Assembly (NCBI GenBank): GCA_041736175.1
Contig: JBGSUI010000188.1
Location: forward strand, 1-64,000
Direction: 5' to 3'
DNA: 64,000 nucleotides
DNA from: Oligoflexales bacterium
Lineage (GTDB): Bacteria > Bdellovibrionota_B > Oligoflexia > Oligoflexales > CAIYRB01
Part shown: positions 47,613 to 58,935 of the stretch, one piece after another
Position numbering within the stretch: the stretch's first letter is position 1
Layout of the letters: the number at the start of each line of letters is the position of its first letter
The notes under the pieces: model-generated
The model's input: the letters and a program-made list of their open reading frames with translations, nothing else
Told to the model about the DNA's origin: nothing
Database searches by the model: none
Position numbers and translations under genes: made by a program

Positions 47613-48707
47613 TTACTTTTGGGACCTTTGGGCCAGCCACCCATCCACCCCTATAAGGGTCGCAACTGAGATATTAGGCAGCCAGGCAGCAATAAATGGA
47701 TGGAGATCTCCCCTTAAACCCATTGCTCGTCCGGCGCTTAAAATAACCCAATAACTGATACCCACAAAGAAAGCCATAAGGACCCCTTTCGCAGTATCAG
47801 CAGTCCTTTCTGATTTGTAACCAAACTTTAAGCCAATAAGACTTACAACCAACGCTGCAAAAGGGTAAGCAAACTTTCCTTGATAATCCATTTTAAAGGG
47901 GACCACATTGGCACCAGACCTTTCACCCCTAAAGATTGTCTCTTTAAGCTCCCCTAAGGACAATTCATTTGATTTCCGAGTATCTTCATTTAGCTTTAGA
48001 GGCTCCACGGGGAGATCTAGGGCGTACACTTTGAGAAACTCACTTTTCCCCAGGCTCCTATCGTTTTGAATACGATTAACCAACGCTTCACTCATCTGCC
48101 AGCTTTTAAGTCCTTCATCGAAATAGGCCCGGTCTGACTCTAAAACCATTCGTGGATTGAATTGTAAATCCATAATAAGAACCTGGACTTTAAGGATTTC
48201 ACTATTTACACCATCAAATTCTTTCCAATGAATAAATCGATTGCCATCCCTTACCCATTTGCCACTGCCCATTTGTTCGCCTTGGCCCTTTTTTTCGATC
48301 TTAATACTCTGAATATAATTCACCTTTTTTGCGTAACGAGGTACTAAAAACTCATTAAGCGACATTGATATAAGGCTCACTAAGAGACCGCCAGCAATCA
48401 ATGGCTTTGCTAGCTGGATTGGCCCTAGCCCAACTGCTCGCATTGCTGTTATCTCGTTGGTTCGATTTAACAACACCATACTAATGACGCCCCCCAAAAG
48501 ACTACCAATGGGTAAGGCTTGAACCACTTGGTTAGGGATTTGAAATACGTAAAAGAGAAAAATATCACCTGGACTAGGGTTATATTCAGCAAAGTATTTT
48601 GTGGTTTTATGGATGAAGTCAAACAATATAAACAAAAATATTGTCAATACAACCGTTCCAACAACGTATTTAAAATACTCTTTTAAACAATATTGAAATA
48701 TTTTCAC
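47613..48707 (-). CDS. lptG: LPS export ABC transporter permease LptG (LptF/LptG family)
   Basis: NEITAMRAVG, KFAYPF and AAWLPN motifs; 3+3 TM layout. Confidence 0.85.
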   Translation of the reverse strand: MKIFQYCLKEYFKYVVGTVVLTIFLFILFDFIHKTTKYFAEYNPSPGDIFLFYVFQIPNQVVQALPIGSLLGGVISMVLLNRTNEITAMRAVGLGPIQLAKPLIAGGLLVSLISMSLNEFLVPRYAKKVNYIQSIKIEKKGQGEQMGSGKWVRDGNRFIHWKEFDGVNSEILKVQVLIMDLQFNPRMVLESDRAYFDEGLKSWQMSEALVNRIQNDRSLGKSEFLKVYALDLPVEPLKLNEDTRKSNELSLGELKETIFRGERSGANVVPFKMDYQGKFAYPFAALVVSLIGLKFGYKSERTADTAKGVLMAFFVGISYWVILSAGRAMGLRGDLHPFIAAWLPNISVATLIGVDGWLAQRSQK

Positions 48708-48717
48708 TAATTAAGAC

Positions 48718-49152
48718 CTACCCTTTTGAGGATCCTTTTATATGAATTGCATGGGCTCTCAAAAAAGGCATCCCCTTCTTTCCTGATTCAACCATGCCGA
48801 CAACCCCTATATGGGAACCTATTGCCATTTTTTTATCATTGGACCCAATGACACTCGTTGTCGCCACAATCAGTCTATCTTCATGATCCCCTAAAACTAA
48901 ATAGGTCTGATGGCTCCCGATTTCAAGCACTCGGCCAGAGATCATAACAAACTTTTTTTCAACATGATCCATTCCAAGATGAACTTCTTTGAAACTAACT
49001 AATTCCGGCTTTATAAACAAAGTATGCCCGAACACACTGTAAAGGGTTTCGTCCAGTGACAACCCAATATTTTCTCCTCCCTTACACGAAAAAATGCCTA
49101 GTAGGACTGCTAATTGGGTAAATTTCCACATTTTCCCTCCATTGGACATCAA
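48718..49152 (-). CDS. Hypothetical OB-fold lipoprotein
   Basis: Lipobox IFSC; VMISGRV...VVGMV beta pattern. Confidence 0.55.
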   Translation of the reverse strand: MMSNGGKMWKFTQLAVLLGIFSCKGGENIGLSLDETLYSVFGHTLFIKPELVSFKEVHLGMDHVEKKFVMISGRVLEIGSHQTYLVLGDHEDRLIVATTSVIGSNDKKMAIGSHIGVVGMVESGKKGMPFLRAHAIHIKGSSKG

Positions 49153-49285
49153 CTGTGATTTACCTGCTGAGACTTACCCACATTGTAGCATAAGCGCCCT
49201 TAGCCCATGAGCTACTCAGGCAACTGTATCGATAAGCAGGGACTTTTTGCCATTAGCCCAAACTACTCATATGTCTTGGACCGAA

Positions 49286-49319
49286 ATAAAAAAGCCGACC
49301 TAAAGCCGGCTTTTTTTAT
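49286..49319 (-). terminator. Rho-independent terminator of the alpha operon
   Basis: ATAAAAAAGCCG...CGGCTTTTTTTAT immediately downstream of rplQ. Confidence 0.8.
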
Positions 49320-49334
49320 CTCTTTATAAATCTA

Positions 49335-49718
49335 TCATTTCACCTGAACATTAACTTTTCCATTGAAATCAACCAACTCGATCAGAGCCATTTCTGCTCC
49401 GTCACCAAATCTTGGGCCTTTTCTAAGGATTCTCGTATACCCACCTGGCCGATCTTTAAAACGCACAGCAATATCGGAGAAAACCTTCCTTACGATCTCA
49501 TCACTATAAATAAAAGACGCTGCGTTACGTCTATGGTGCAGACTGCCTTTTTTTCCAAGAGTGATTAGCTTTTCGACGACAGCCCTTAGCTCTTTGGCTT
49601 TTGGTAAAGTCGTCTCAATCCTCTCATGCTCTAAAAGTGAGGTTGCCATATTTCGCAACATTGCTTTTCTATGGGAAGTCACTCTGCCTAATTTGCGGTA
49701 GCTCTTTAAATGTCTCAC
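49335..49718 (-). CDS. rplQ: 50S ribosomal protein L17
   Basis: MRH..RKLGR..HRKA and RPGGYTRI motifs. Confidence 0.98.
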   Translation of the reverse strand: MRHLKSYRKLGRVTSHRKAMLRNMATSLLEHERIETTLPKAKELRAVVEKLITLGKKGSLHHRRNAASFIYSDEIVRKVFSDIAVRFKDRPGGYTRILRKGPRFGDGAEMALIELVDFNGKVNVQVK

Positions 49719-49735
49719 GATAACCTCAAACGCCC

Positions 49736-50749
49736 TTATTGTTTATTTTCATCTTCTTGTTTTCTGAGTGTCGATGGATCAAACCCATCGATCTTCATCC
49801 CCAAAGACAATCCCATCTCACTAAGGATATCTTTAATCTCATTGAGGGACTTTCTACCAAAATTCTTCGTCTTCAGCATTTCCTGTTCGCTCTTAGTAAC
49901 CAATTCACCGATATATTTTATATTTGCGTTCTCTAGGCAGTTGGCTGCTCGGACACTTAGCTCCAACGAATCGACTGTTTTGAACAGATTTTCATTGAGA
50001 GCAGCACCTTTACCTAGGCGCTCTTCACCACTTTTTGAGCCGGACTCCTCGGTTTCATCGAAATTGACAAAGATCGTCAACTGCTCCTTGAGTATTTTAG
50101 CTGCATAGGCAAGGGCATCGTCGGGACGCACAGCTCCATTGGTCCATATCTCAATAGTCAGTTTGTCGTAATCGGTCATCTGACCGACCCTAGCATTGGA
50201 TACTTGATACGATACACGCCGTACAGGCGCAAAAATGGAGTCAATGGCTATCGTGCCTACCGGCAAATCTTCAGAGCGATTAAACTCCGCCGAAACATAA
50301 CCCCTCCCATGCCGCACGATCATCTCCATAGAGAGCTTTGCACCAGAATCGAGCACGGCCACGGTCTGTTCCGGATTTAGGATTTCGACCTCGCCACTAC
50401 TCTCGATGTCCCCAGCCTTTACAATCTTGGGTCCGGTTGCCTCTAAGCGCATAATAGCATCACTGTCGCCCAGATACCGCAGATTGACTTGCTTTAAATT
50501 AAGAATAATATCGGTAACATCTTCCTTAACTCCTGGTACCGTGGAAAACTCGTGCTCCACTCCCGCTATCCTGACCCCGACAATGGCGGCTCCATTGATA
50601 CTGGACAACAGGACTCTCCTAAGGGAGTTACCCAATGTTATCCCGTAACCCCTCTCCAACGGCTTTGCAACAAACTTGCCGTAGTTTTCGGTTCTTATAT
50701 CCGACTCTAGTGTCTTCGGCCGAATCAAATCTTGCCAGTTACGATGCAT
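49736..50749 (-). CDS. rpoA: RNA polymerase alpha subunit
   Basis: [21 protein letters not shown]; alpha-[19 protein letters not shown]. Confidence 0.98.
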   Translation of the reverse strand: MHRNWQDLIRPKTLESDIRTENYGKFVAKPLERGYGITLGNSLRRVLLSSINGAAIVGVRIAGVEHEFSTVPGVKEDVTDIILNLKQVNLRYLGDSDAIMRLEATGPKIVKAGDIESSGEVEILNPEQTVAVLDSGAKLSMEMIVRHGRGYVSAEFNRSEDLPVGTIAIDSIFAPVRRVSYQVSNARVGQMTDYDKLTIEIWTNGAVRPDDALAYAAKILKEQLTIFVNFDETEESGSKSGEERLGKGAALNENLFKTVDSLELSVRAANCLENANIKYIGELVTKSEQEMLKTKNFGRKSLNEIKDILSEMGLSLGMKIDGFDPSTLRKQEDENKQ

Positions 50750-50798
50750 ACCGTGCCCATCCCAATTTTTAATCTTTACTCGAGATGATAAATTCTTA

Positions 50799-51425
50799 TC
50801 ACTTAGAATACAACTCTACGATCAGTCTTTCTTTAACCGGCAGATGAATATCTTCTCTTGTTGGATTCGAGACTACCTTGCCTATCGACTTGCTATGATC
50901 GACCGAAAACCAGTTTAAGTTCGCTCTCTTACTATACAACTCAGCAGCCAATTGGAATAAGCCTTTCGACTTACTTTTCTCCACTACTCTGACTTCGTCA
51001 CCAATACTAACCTGTGCACTTGGAATATTACAACGCCTGCCATTAACCAGGATATGGTTATGACGCACCACTTGCCTTGCTTCACTGCGGCTTCGAGCAA
51101 ATCCCATCCTATAGACGACGTTGTCCAACCGAGTCTCTAGGTTTCGGAAAAAGATCTCGCTGGTGACTCCACGTTCCGCAACCGAACGATCAAAAGTCAG
51201 CCTAAACTGCTTCTCTAACATACCATAGACCCGCTTCACCTTTTGTTTTTCACGAAGCTGGCTACCGAACTCAGATAGTTTCCCACGCTTTTGGCCATGC
51301 TGCCCAGGCCCATAGGCTCTCCGCTCGATCGCACACTTATCTGTTTGGCACCGCATGCCCTTCAGAAAAAGCTTCACACCCTCCCGGCGGCAATGCCGGC
51401 ATACAGGACCAATATACCTAGCCAA
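50799..51425 (-). CDS. rpsD: 30S ribosomal protein S4
   Basis: PGQHG, QLREKQK and [10 protein letters not shown] motifs; TTG start. Confidence 0.98.
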   Translation of the reverse strand: MARYIGPVCRHCRREGVKLFLKGMRCQTDKCAIERRAYGPGQHGQKRGKLSEFGSQLREKQKVKRVYGMLEKQFRLTFDRSVAERGVTSEIFFRNLETRLDNVVYRMGFARSRSEARQVVRHNHILVNGRRCNIPSAQVSIGDEVRVVEKSKSKGLFQLAAELYSKRANLNWFSVDHSKSIGKVVSNPTREDIHLPVKERLIVELYSK

Positions 51426-51475
51426 TTTGACTCCTCCCGTTTGTATTCGTTTTCCCGCTCTATCTCGGGATTAAT

Positions 51476-51859
51476 TTAGACCCTACGACGCTTAGGTGGA
51501 CGACACCCATTATGTGGTATTGGTGTGACGTCTTTTAACATGCTCACCTTCATGCCGGCAGCCGCAATTGCTCTCACCGCACTTTCACGCCCTGCACCTG
51601 GACCATTAACGAGGACCGTACAGGTTCTCATTCCGGCATCCATCGCTTTTCGAGCAGCTTCTTCTGCTGCTACCTGCGCAGCAAAAGGAGTGCTCTTTCG
51701 GCTTCCTTTAAATCCCTTAGCTCCTGATGTAGACCAGGACACAACATCTCCATTAACATCTGTAAACGTTATAATCGTGTTGTTGAAGGTAGCCTTCACA
51801 TGGGCCACTCCGGTCGGGATGTTCTTTTTGGATTTTTTCTTCTTAACCACCGCTTTCAT
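51476..51859 (-). CDS. rpsK: 30S ribosomal protein S11
   Basis: RKSTPFAAQ and [12 protein letters not shown] motifs. Confidence 0.98.
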   Translation of the reverse strand: MKAVVKKKKSKKNIPTGVAHVKATFNNTIITFTDVNGDVVSWSTSGAKGFKGSRKSTPFAAQVAAEEAARKAMDAGMRTCTVLVNGPGAGRESAVRAIAAAGMKVSMLKDVTPIPHNGCRPPKRRRV

Positions 51860-51873
51860 GGCTTCTCCTAATC

Positions 51874-52254
51874 TTATTTACCAGCTGGCGCCTTTTTCTT
51901 ACCGGCGACTGTTTTCCGAGGCCCTTTACGAGTCCGGGAGTTTGTCTTCGAACGCTGCCCCCTTACTGGCAAGCCTTTTCGATGCCTTATCCCCCGATAG
52001 CAGCCCAAATCAACCAATCGTTTGATATTGAGGGCTATCTCTCTACGTAAGTCCCCTTCTACAGTGAACTGATCCAGGGCCTTCCTGATTTCATTGACTT
52101 GATTTGGATCCAGTTCTGCTGCCTTCATCAATGGATCCAACCGAGCGTTCTCTACAATCCTCCTCGCAACATGCGGGCCTACGCCATATATCGCCTGAAG
52201 AGCAATGTCAATTCTTTTATTGTTGGGTAAATCTACACCCGCTATTCGAGCCAT
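51874..52254 (-). CDS. rpsM: 30S ribosomal protein S13
   Basis: MARIAGV and [11 protein letters not shown] motifs. Confidence 0.98.
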   Translation of the reverse strand: MARIAGVDLPNNKRIDIALQAIYGVGPHVARRIVENARLDPLMKAAELDPNQVNEIRKALDQFTVEGDLRREIALNIKRLVDLGCYRGIRHRKGLPVRGQRSKTNSRTRKGPRKTVAGKKKAPAGK

Positions 52255-52278
52255 CCCATTTTCCTTCTTGCTTTGGAA

Positions 52279-52392
52279 TTATCCCTGTCTTTGTTTGTGC
52301 TTTTTATTCTCGCAGATAACCCTTACAACCCCTGCTCTTTTAACGACTTTACATTTTTCGCAAATCGCTTTGACACTTGCTCTTACCTTCAT
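52279..52392 (-). CDS. rpmJ: 50S ribosomal protein L36 (absent from the ORF track)
   Basis: Translates to [37 protein letters not shown]. Confidence 0.97.
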   Translation of the reverse strand: MKVRASVKAICEKCKVVKRAGVVRVICENKKHKQRQG

Positions 52393-52405
52393 AACCCCTC
52401 TCACC

Positions 52406-52624
52406 CTACTTGGTACGATATACGATTCTTCCCCTGGATAAATCATATGGCGATATTTCTAACTTAACCTTATCCCCTGGTAGTATTCTAATAAAATGCA
52501 TCCGCATTTTACCGCTGATATGAGCCAACACTTCATGTCCGTTATCTAACACAACTTTGAACATTGCGTTGGGCAATGGCTCCCTGACAGTTCCCTCTAC
52601 TTCAATAACATCTTCTTTTGCCAT
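52406..52624 (-). CDS. infA: Translation initiation factor IF-1
   Basis: [23 protein letters not shown]. Confidence 0.98.
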   Translation of the reverse strand: MAKEDVIEVEGTVREPLPNAMFKVVLDNGHEVLAHISGKMRMHFIRILPGDKVKLEISPYDLSRGRIVYRTK

Positions 52625-52686
52625 GAGCCCCTACACTCTAATTCTTAAATCCACACCGTTTTTCAGCCTGCGCAACCCTACACTAT

Positions 52687-53340
52687 TTATCTATTGACTT
52701 CAAGTTGCAGATCATTCAACGTCCGCAAAAGCCGTTTATACACCTCTTCAGGCTCACCAGATCCCTTAATCCCATAGTGCAGACGTCTATCTTTATAGAA
52801 ATCAACCACCGGAGACGTCTTTTCCTGAAAAACTTTGAGCCTAACCTGAATACTTTCTGCCTTGTCATCGTCTCTTTGGAATAACGACCCTCCACACCTG
52901 TCGCAACAGCCATCCTTTTGCGGCGGCGCTTCTACGAGATGGTAACTGGCGCCACATTGGGCGCACACCCGTCTCGCTGAGAGCCTTTTAACCAACTCAC
53001 TTTCCTGCACCTCAAGGTTGAGGAAGGCCCCCACCGGATGTCTCAAACTCTCTAAACTTTTCGCTTGATGCACGGTCCTCGGAAAACCATCCAATATGAT
53101 CGTTTCACCGAGTCCGATCGATTTGGTCGACTCTTCGATGAGCCCCACCAAAATCTCGTCTGGTACCAACTCCCCACGATCCATATAGGATTTAGCTTCC
53201 AAACCGATCGGGGACTCCTGCTTCACATGCTGCCTCAAGACATCGCCTGTTGAAAGTTTGATGTAACCTAGGCGTTCCTGCAAATAACTGCCTTGAGTGC
53301 CTTTTCCTGCTCCTGGTGCTCCGCTTAGTATGATGATCAT
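52687..53340 (-). CDS. adk: Adenylate kinase
   Basis: GAPGAGKGT, LDGFPR and Zn-lid CxxC...CxxC. Confidence 0.97.
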   Translation of the reverse strand: MIIILSGAPGAGKGTQGSYLQERLGYIKLSTGDVLRQHVKQESPIGLEAKSYMDRGELVPDEILVGLIEESTKSIGLGETIILDGFPRTVHQAKSLESLRHPVGAFLNLEVQESELVKRLSARRVCAQCGASYHLVEAPPQKDGCCDRCGGSLFQRDDDKAESIQVRLKVFQEKTSPVVDFYKDRRLHYGIKGSGEPEEVYKRLLRTLNDLQLEVNR

Positions 53341-54668
53341 ACCCTACTGCCTCCGCGGGGCCTTATCGTGCCTTTTTTCAAGAAACTATCGTATCTCAAA
53401 GATTGACGGTGCGCATCGATCTGCCGGTAGGTCTCCAGGGCAACACCAACCACAATAAGTAGACTCGTTCCACCAAAATAAAACTGAATATTAAACCGAG
53501 CCGTCAACACAGATGGGATGATACAGAGGGCCGCTAAATAAATAGCCCCGGACAACGTCAACCGGCTGACTATATTGTCTAAGAATTCTGCAGTCCTCGC
53601 CCCTGGCCTAATACCTGGGATAAAGCCGCCGTTCTTCTTAAGATTCTCTGCAATATCATCTGCCTTGAAGGTTATTGAAGTATAGAAGAAGGCAAAAAAT
53701 ACAATCATGACTACATAAACAAAGTTATAAAACCAACCACCAGGACTGAAAAAGATTCCCAACCAAGTGCCAACAGGAGTGTTGGGCCAAAACCCCTGCA
53801 TTGTTACAGGAAACTGCAGTAGGGAACTTGCAAAAATAGGGGGAATCACGCCGGCGGCATTGACTCTTACGGGTAGGTTGGAGGATTGTCCTCCATAAAC
53901 CTTGCGTCCAACTTGTCTTTTAGCATATTGAATCGGAACTTGCCTTGCCCCTTGCTCGATATAAACGACTCCTGCTGTCACCGCTAAACACACTGCGATC
54001 ACCAACAAAATTCGCCCCATGTCCATCTCACCACCATGGTATTGGGTATAAGTACTGGTCACTACCCTTGGAATGGTCGCTACTATTCCCGCAAAAATCA
54101 CCAGAGACATCCCATTACCAACACCACGCTCAGTGATCTGCTCACCTAGCCACATAATAAAGGCTGTTCCAGCAGTCAGTGAAATCACAGTGAGGGCTTT
54201 CCAACCAAAACCCGGATCAAGGACAAGTTGTCGGCCACCAAAACTCGTTCCAGCCAAGGAATTAGCGATCATCATACCTTGGACTACCGCTAAAACCACC
54301 GCTCCGTAGCGAGTATACTGGGTTATCTTTTTTCGACCGGCTTCCCCTTCTTTCGAAAGCTGTTCCAGTGGGCCTACAACGACCGTCAAGAGTTGTGCAA
54401 TGATCGATGCGGAGATATAGGGCATCACACCAAGAGCACAAACACTGAAGTTCTCAAGGGCGCCCCCTGAAAACATGTTGAACATACCGAATAAATTTCC
54501 ACCCTGGCCCCTAAAGAAGTCCGCTATGGCAGCGGTATCTACCCCTGGAATAGGGATATGGACTCCAATTCTGTACAGGGCCAAAAAGCCTAGAGTGAAC
54601 AGGATCTTCTTTTGGAGATGATTCAACGTACCTTCTGGTAGCTTGGATATTCTCTGACCCACGTTCAC
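53337..54668 (-). CDS. secY: Preprotein translocase SecY
   Basis: LGVMPYISASII, GVIPPIFA, IPGIRPG and GGTSLLI motifs. Confidence 0.98.
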   Translation of the reverse strand: MNVGQRISKLPEGTLNHLQKKILFTLGFLALYRIGVHIPIPGVDTAAIADFFRGQGGNLFGMFNMFSGGALENFSVCALGVMPYISASIIAQLLTVVVGPLEQLSKEGEAGRKKITQYTRYGAVVLAVVQGMMIANSLAGTSFGGRQLVLDPGFGWKALTVISLTAGTAFIMWLGEQITERGVGNGMSLVIFAGIVATIPRVVTSTYTQYHGGEMDMGRILLVIAVCLAVTAGVVYIEQGARQVPIQYAKRQVGRKVYGGQSSNLPVRVNAAGVIPPIFASSLLQFPVTMQGFWPNTPVGTWLGIFFSPGGWFYNFVYVVMIVFFAFFYTSITFKADDIAENLKKNGGFIPGIRPGARTAEFLDNIVSRLTLSGAIYLAALCIIPSVLTARFNIQFYFGGTSLLIVVGVALETYRQIDAHRQSLRYDSFLKKGTIRPRGGSRV

Positions 54669-54696
54669 CCTTTCCTTGCGTCTGCCTTGATCTGGC

Positions 54697-55179
54697 TTAG
54701 TTTCCTACCATATTAAGCTTTCCGCCAGCTTTTTCAACAGCTTGTTGAGCTGATTGGCTCACTCGATCAACAGACACCTCAAGGGCTTTTTTAAGCTCCC
54801 CTCGGCCTAGTAGCTTAATAGGCCGTCCTTCGTAACGTATCAGGCCTTTTTTATTTAAAGTCTCAAATGAAACCACCTCACCGGCATTGTAAAGGCTCTC
54901 GATCTGATCTAAATTTACGAGATTGTATTCAACTCGAAATTTATTGGTGAAACCCCGTTTAGGTAGGCGCATATAGAGTTTCATCTGCCCACCCTCAAAC
55001 CCGGCACGGACATTCCCGCTTTTCCGAGCTCTTTGCCCTTTGTGTCCACGGCCTGCGGTCTTACCGAGCCCTGAACCGATACCACGTCCGAGCCTTTTTC
55101 GAGTCCGGTGTGATCCACTTGCAGGAGAGAGATTCCCCAAATTTTTGATTGTAGTCTTCACTTCATTTCCAGCTGTCAT
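54697..55179 (-). CDS. rplO: 50S ribosomal protein L15
   Basis: GRGIGSGLGKTAGRGHKGQ and FEGGQ motifs. Confidence 0.98.
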   Translation of the reverse strand: MTAGNEVKTTIKNLGNLSPASGSHRTRKRLGRGIGSGLGKTAGRGHKGQRARKSGNVRAGFEGGQMKLYMRLPKRGFTNKFRVEYNLVNLDQIESLYNAGEVVSFETLNKKGLIRYEGRPIKLLGRGELKKALEVSVDRVSQSAQQAVEKAGGKLNMVGN

Positions 55180-55183
55180 GTGT

Positions 55184-55366
55184 CTAGCCCCCGACCTTAA
55201 AGGACACTAGGTGTCGAACTTTATTGACCATACCACGGATACAGTTGTTATCTTTCTGTATCACAGTCTGCCCAATCCTCTTGAGCCCAAGTCCCGCCAT
55301 CACTTTACGGACCTTTTCCGGTTCGCTGATAAGGCTCTTTGTTTGGGTAATTTCAATTTTTGACAT
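55184..55366 (-). CDS. rpmD: 50S ribosomal protein L30
   Basis: LGLKRI..IRGMVNKV.HL; position in the operon. Confidence 0.95.
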   Translation of the reverse strand: MSKIEITQTKSLISEPEKVRKVMAGLGLKRIGQTVIQKDNNCIRGMVNKVRHLVSFKVGG

Positions 55367-55380
55367 TTCGTGGAACTCCC

Positions 55381-55986
55381 TTATCCTTTAGCCCTAGCAG
55401 CCACTTTTGCTTTTCGTTTTTCAGAAGTCGTCTGTCTCTTCTGTTGCGCTGTCTCAACTGGGGCGCCTCTTTTAGCTGAGTACTCTTCGATCTTCTCAAG
55501 CTGCATAAGCCCATCAATGGTTGCCCGGACGACACTGCCAGAATTCTTAGTGCCATGAACTTTACACACGATATCCCTGATGCCAGCAAGCTCCGTGATC
55601 ACACGGACCGCTCCACCGGCAATGATCCCTTTACCTTTTTTTGCAGGGTTCATAAGGACACTACAAGACCCATACCTGCCGATGACATCATAGGGTATTG
55701 TTCCCTCAACCATCGGAATCTTGTAGAGATTCTTCTTAGCCTGCTCCGATGCCTTTCTAATAGCATCTGGAACCTCTCCGGCTTTACCCAGACCGAATCC
55801 AACTCGTTCCTTCCCGTCCCCAACAACAACCAGGGCACTGAAGCTAAACCGTCGTCCGCCTTTTACAACTTTTGCAACTCGAGCAATATGGACCACCCGG
55901 TCTTGAAAACCGTCGCTACTTTCTCGGTCACCCCGATTCTGGTCGTTATTTCGAGGTCCCTTGTCTCTATTTTCTTCACGTGCCAT
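55381..55986 (-). CDS. rpsE: 30S ribosomal protein S5
   Basis: [14 protein letters not shown] motif. Confidence 0.98.
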   Translation of the reverse strand: MAREENRDKGPRNNDQNRGDRESSDGFQDRVVHIARVAKVVKGGRRFSFSALVVVGDGKERVGFGLGKAGEVPDAIRKASEQAKKNLYKIPMVEGTIPYDVIGRYGSCSVLMNPAKKGKGIIAGGAVRVITELAGIRDIVCKVHGTKNSGSVVRATIDGLMQLEKIEEYSAKRGAPVETAQQKRQTTSEKRKAKVAARAKG

Positions 55987-56001
55987 GTGTTTTGTCCCTT
56001 T

Positions 56002-56358
56002 TTAGAACTGAAGCCCGCCCTCCCTAGCTCCATCCGCTAGGGCTTTGATGCGTCCGTGGTAGGTATAGCCATTTTTGTCAAATACTACTGCATTTATATT
56101 TTTCGCTTTGCACCGCCCAGCCAGCTCTTTGCCAAGGTTCGAACAAGCCTCTACATTGGCCTTGCTATGATTTCCCTTCTCAAAGGAGCTTATAGATACC
56201 AAAGTCTGTCCTTGGTTATCATCAATGACTTGGACATAAACATGACGCTCGGAGCGGAACACCGAAACTCTAGGCCGCTCGCCGGTCCCAAATATCTTTT
56301 TGCGTATTCTCTTCTTCCGCCTGTCACGTAGAGCTGATTTTTTGGCTTGTTGGCTCAC
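56002..56358 (-). CDS. rplR: 50S ribosomal protein L18
   Basis: RPRVSVFRS and YHGRIKALADGAREGGL motifs. Confidence 0.97.
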   Translation of the reverse strand: MSQQAKKSALRDRRKKRIRKKIFGTGERPRVSVFRSERHVYVQVIDDNQGQTLVSISSFEKGNHSKANVEACSNLGKELAGRCKAKNINAVVFDKNGYTYHGRIKALADGAREGGLQF

Positions 56359-56383
56359 GTTAACCCCCTGATCTTATTTGAAA

Positions 56384-56920
56384 TCACTTTTTACCAGCGG
56401 CCTTACCGACCTTCGTTATAATTTTCTCGTCTTCATACCGAACGCCTTTACCATGATATGGCTCTGGTGGTCGGAATCCCCTAACCTTGGCGGCAACCTG
56501 GCCTACTAATTCTTTATCAGCTCCGCTCACCACTAAGATCGTCTGTTGGTCGACTTTGATCTCAACCCCTGTAGGCGGTTCATATTCAATGGGATGACTA
56601 AAACCGAGAGAGAGATTTACTTTTTTCCCGGCTGATGCTGCCCTATACCCTACTCCAACGAGCTTGAGCCGCTTAGAGAAACCCTGACTTACCCCTAGGA
56701 CCATATTGTTAACAAGAGTCCTTGTAAGCCCCTGGAAATTCCGGTGCAGGCTATCTTTAACGGAAACATTGACATGGTTCCCTTCCAAGGCAATGTCAAC
56801 CTGGTTATGAATTTTTCTATTAAGCTGCCCTTTAGGGCCTTTGACACCAACGTCTTTTCCGTTGATTGTCACAGTGACACCTTTAGGTAGCTCTATTGGT
56901 TTTTTTCCAATTCTTGACAT
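56384..56920 (-). CDS. rplF: 50S ribosomal protein L6
   Basis: MSRIGK, GVGYRA and RPPEPYHGKG motifs. Confidence 0.98.
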   Translation of the reverse strand: MSRIGKKPIELPKGVTVTINGKDVGVKGPKGQLNRKIHNQVDIALEGNHVNVSVKDSLHRNFQGLTRTLVNNMVLGVSQGFSKRLKLVGVGYRAASAGKKVNLSLGFSHPIEYEPPTGVEIKVDQQTILVVSGADKELVGQVAAKVRGFRPPEPYHGKGVRYEDEKIITKVGKAAGKK

Positions 56921-56929
56921 GAGAGTCCT

Positions 56930-57328
56930 CTAATAAACTGTGCAAATGAGTTCGCCGCCCACATGCTCGCCCCGAGCCATTCGGTCGACCATAAGCCCTT
57001 TTGATGTCGATAAAATGGCACATCCAAAGCCATTCTTTACGTACGGAATTGCATCAGCATGCACATAAACTCGCTTCCCTGGCTTGCTGACTCGATCGAT
57101 ACCACTGATGACTGGCTTTCCCTCATCACCATATTTGAGTGCGATCTTAAGGACACCTTGTCGGTCATCCCGGATACATTTATAAGCACGAATGTAACCC
57201 TGTTCTTTAAGGAGATGAGCAATACCGATCTTGATTTTAGATGCGGGTATACTCACCACTTCTACCCCGGCTTTTTGCGCGTTCCTAACCCTTGTTAAAA
57301 GGTCAGCAATTGGATCTGTTACATTCAT
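56930..57328 (-). CDS. rpsH: 30S ribosomal protein S8
   Basis: DPIADLLTRVRN, STSKG and GGE motifs. Confidence 0.98.
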   Translation of the reverse strand: MNVTDPIADLLTRVRNAQKAGVEVVSIPASKIKIGIAHLLKEQGYIRAYKCIRDDRQGVLKIALKYGDEGKPVISGIDRVSKPGKRVYVHADAIPYVKNGFGCAILSTSKGLMVDRMARGEHVGGELICTVY

Positions 57329-57407
57329 GACTTAACCATACTCCGTATGTTAACAATTCTCTTTTCTCGACTTTAGGTTCTAAAGACTACACCCTGAGGC
57401 TGTTGGA

Positions 57408-57677
57408 CTACCAGGACGCTTTGGTCACACCTGGAAGGAGGCCCTTCAGAGCCAACTGCCTGAAACAGATCCTGCAAATCCCGAATTTCCGATAAACAGC
57501 TTTTGGCCTACCACAGTTGTTACAACGAGTATAAGCCCTTGACGAATAGGTCAACTTGGATTTGACTTCACGCCACTTAAGTTTCTTCTCGTTCATTTCG
57601 CTGATCAGCGCCGCCTTCTGGCGAGCCACTCTTTCATTAACTTTTTCGCACTTTTTAATACTAGCGACCCTTGCCAT
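57408..57677 (-). CDS. rpsN: 30S ribosomal protein S14 (Zn-binding, 89 aa)
   Basis: [25 protein letters not shown]. Confidence 0.96.
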   Translation of the reverse strand: MARVASIKKCEKVNERVARQKAALISEMNEKKLKWREVKSKLTYSSRAYTRCNNCGRPKAVYRKFGICRICFRQLALKGLLPGVTKASW

Positions 57678-57695
57678 TGCTTTTACTCCTTTGAA

Positions 57696-58247
57696 TCATG
57701 ATTTACGAAATGGAAAATTAAAGCGATCCAAAAGAGCTTTGGCTTCAACGTCGTTCTCTGCACTGGTCACTATCGTTATACCAAGGCCCCGCACTCTATC
57801 AACTTTATCGTAATCAATCTCAGGGAAGATGATTTGTTCCTTCAACCCAACATTGTAGTTTCCACGTCCATCGAATGCTTTTGCCGAAAAACCCCTAAAA
57901 TCCCGAATTCGTGGAACCGTAATATTGATAAAACGGTCCAGAAACTCATACATCCGGTCGCCGCGAAGCGTTACCGCACAACCAATGGGCATACCCTCTC
58001 GCAACTTAAAGGTCGCGATAGACTTTTTTGCTTTTGTCATCACAGGTTTTTGACCTGTGATCGCCGTCAAATCCGCGACTGCACCCTCAAGACTCTTAAT
58101 GTTCTGGGTCGCATCACCTTGTCCGATATTCACCACGATCTTTTTGAGCCCTGGAACACGCATTTTATTTTTGATGCCAAGGTCTGTCATCAAGCTACTG
58201 AATTCGGACTTGTATTTTGTTTTCAATGTTGGTTGATAGGATGACAT
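57696..58247 (-). CDS. rplE: 50S ribosomal protein L5
   Basis: [14 protein letters not shown] and FDGRGNY motifs. Confidence 0.98.
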   Translation of the reverse strand: MSSYQPTLKTKYKSEFSSLMTDLGIKNKMRVPGLKKIVVNIGQGDATQNIKSLEGAVADLTAITGQKPVMTKAKKSIATFKLREGMPIGCAVTLRGDRMYEFLDRFINITVPRIRDFRGFSAKAFDGRGNYNVGLKEQIIFPEIDYDKVDRVRGLGITIVTSAENDVEAKALLDRFNFPFRKS

Positions 58248-58259
58248 TTTTTTAACCTT

Positions 58260-58631
58260 TCAAAGTACTTCTGGTGCTAGGGATGCAATTCTCACATACC
58301 CCTTCGCCCTAACTTCACGGGCCACGGGTCCGAATATCCGCGTTCCAACTGGCTCGCTTTCCTTGCCCTTAATCAGAACACATGCATTTTCGTCAAATCG
58401 TATAGTGGTTCCATCGTCTCGCTGGATCTCTTTTTTGGTCCTAACAACGACTGCCTTGTGAACCGTCCCTTTTTTAACTTTACTATTGGCAAGTGTTTCT
58501 TTGATTGAAACGACAATGACATCCCCTACCGCTGCGTAGCGCTTCTTGCTGCCGCCAATGACCTTGAAACATTTAAGGGTGCGGGCTCCGGAGTTGTCTG
58601 CACTTTGTAGAACTGTTTCCATCTGAATCAT
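58260..58631 (-). CDS. rplN: 50S ribosomal protein L14
   Basis: [14 protein letters not shown] and SLAPEVL motifs. Confidence 0.98.
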   Translation of the reverse strand: MIQMETVLQSADNSGARTLKCFKVIGGSKKRYAAVGDVIVVSIKETLANSKVKKGTVHKAVVVRTKKEIQRDDGTTIRFDENACVLIKGKESEPVGTRIFGPVAREVRAKGYVRIASLAPEVL

Positions 58632-58636
58632 TGGTG

Positions 58637-58903
58637 CTACTCCTTAGCCTTTTTCACAATTTCAATAAGGGTAAACTTCTTACGTGAACTATGGGGGCGC
58701 GAAGCAGCGATTAGAACTAAATCGCCTGACTTGCTCGCATTAGACTCGTCGTGAAACATCAACTTTGTCGTTTTGCGAATAAACCGACCATATTTCTCAT
58801 GCTTTACGAGTCTCTCGACCGTCGCTACGCGGGACTTTTGCATCTTATCGCTTGTCACGCGCACAGTTAATGGTCGTGCTTTTTTATCTTTATGCTCACT
58901 CAC
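58637..58903 (-). CDS. rpsQ: 30S ribosomal protein S17
   Basis: SDKMQK, H.KYG and HDE.N..GD.V.I motifs. Confidence 0.95.
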   Translation of the reverse strand: MSEHKDKKARPLTVRVTSDKMQKSRVATVERLVKHEKYGRFIRKTTKLMFHDESNASKSGDLVLIAASRPHSSRKKFTLIEIVKKAKE

Positions 58904-58935
58904 CGCGCACTCTCCCTCGTTCTTACTGGTCTACC

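Noticed and set aside
52625..52686. Absence of map between adk and infA
   Set aside because: Commonly variable among bacteria; not notable.
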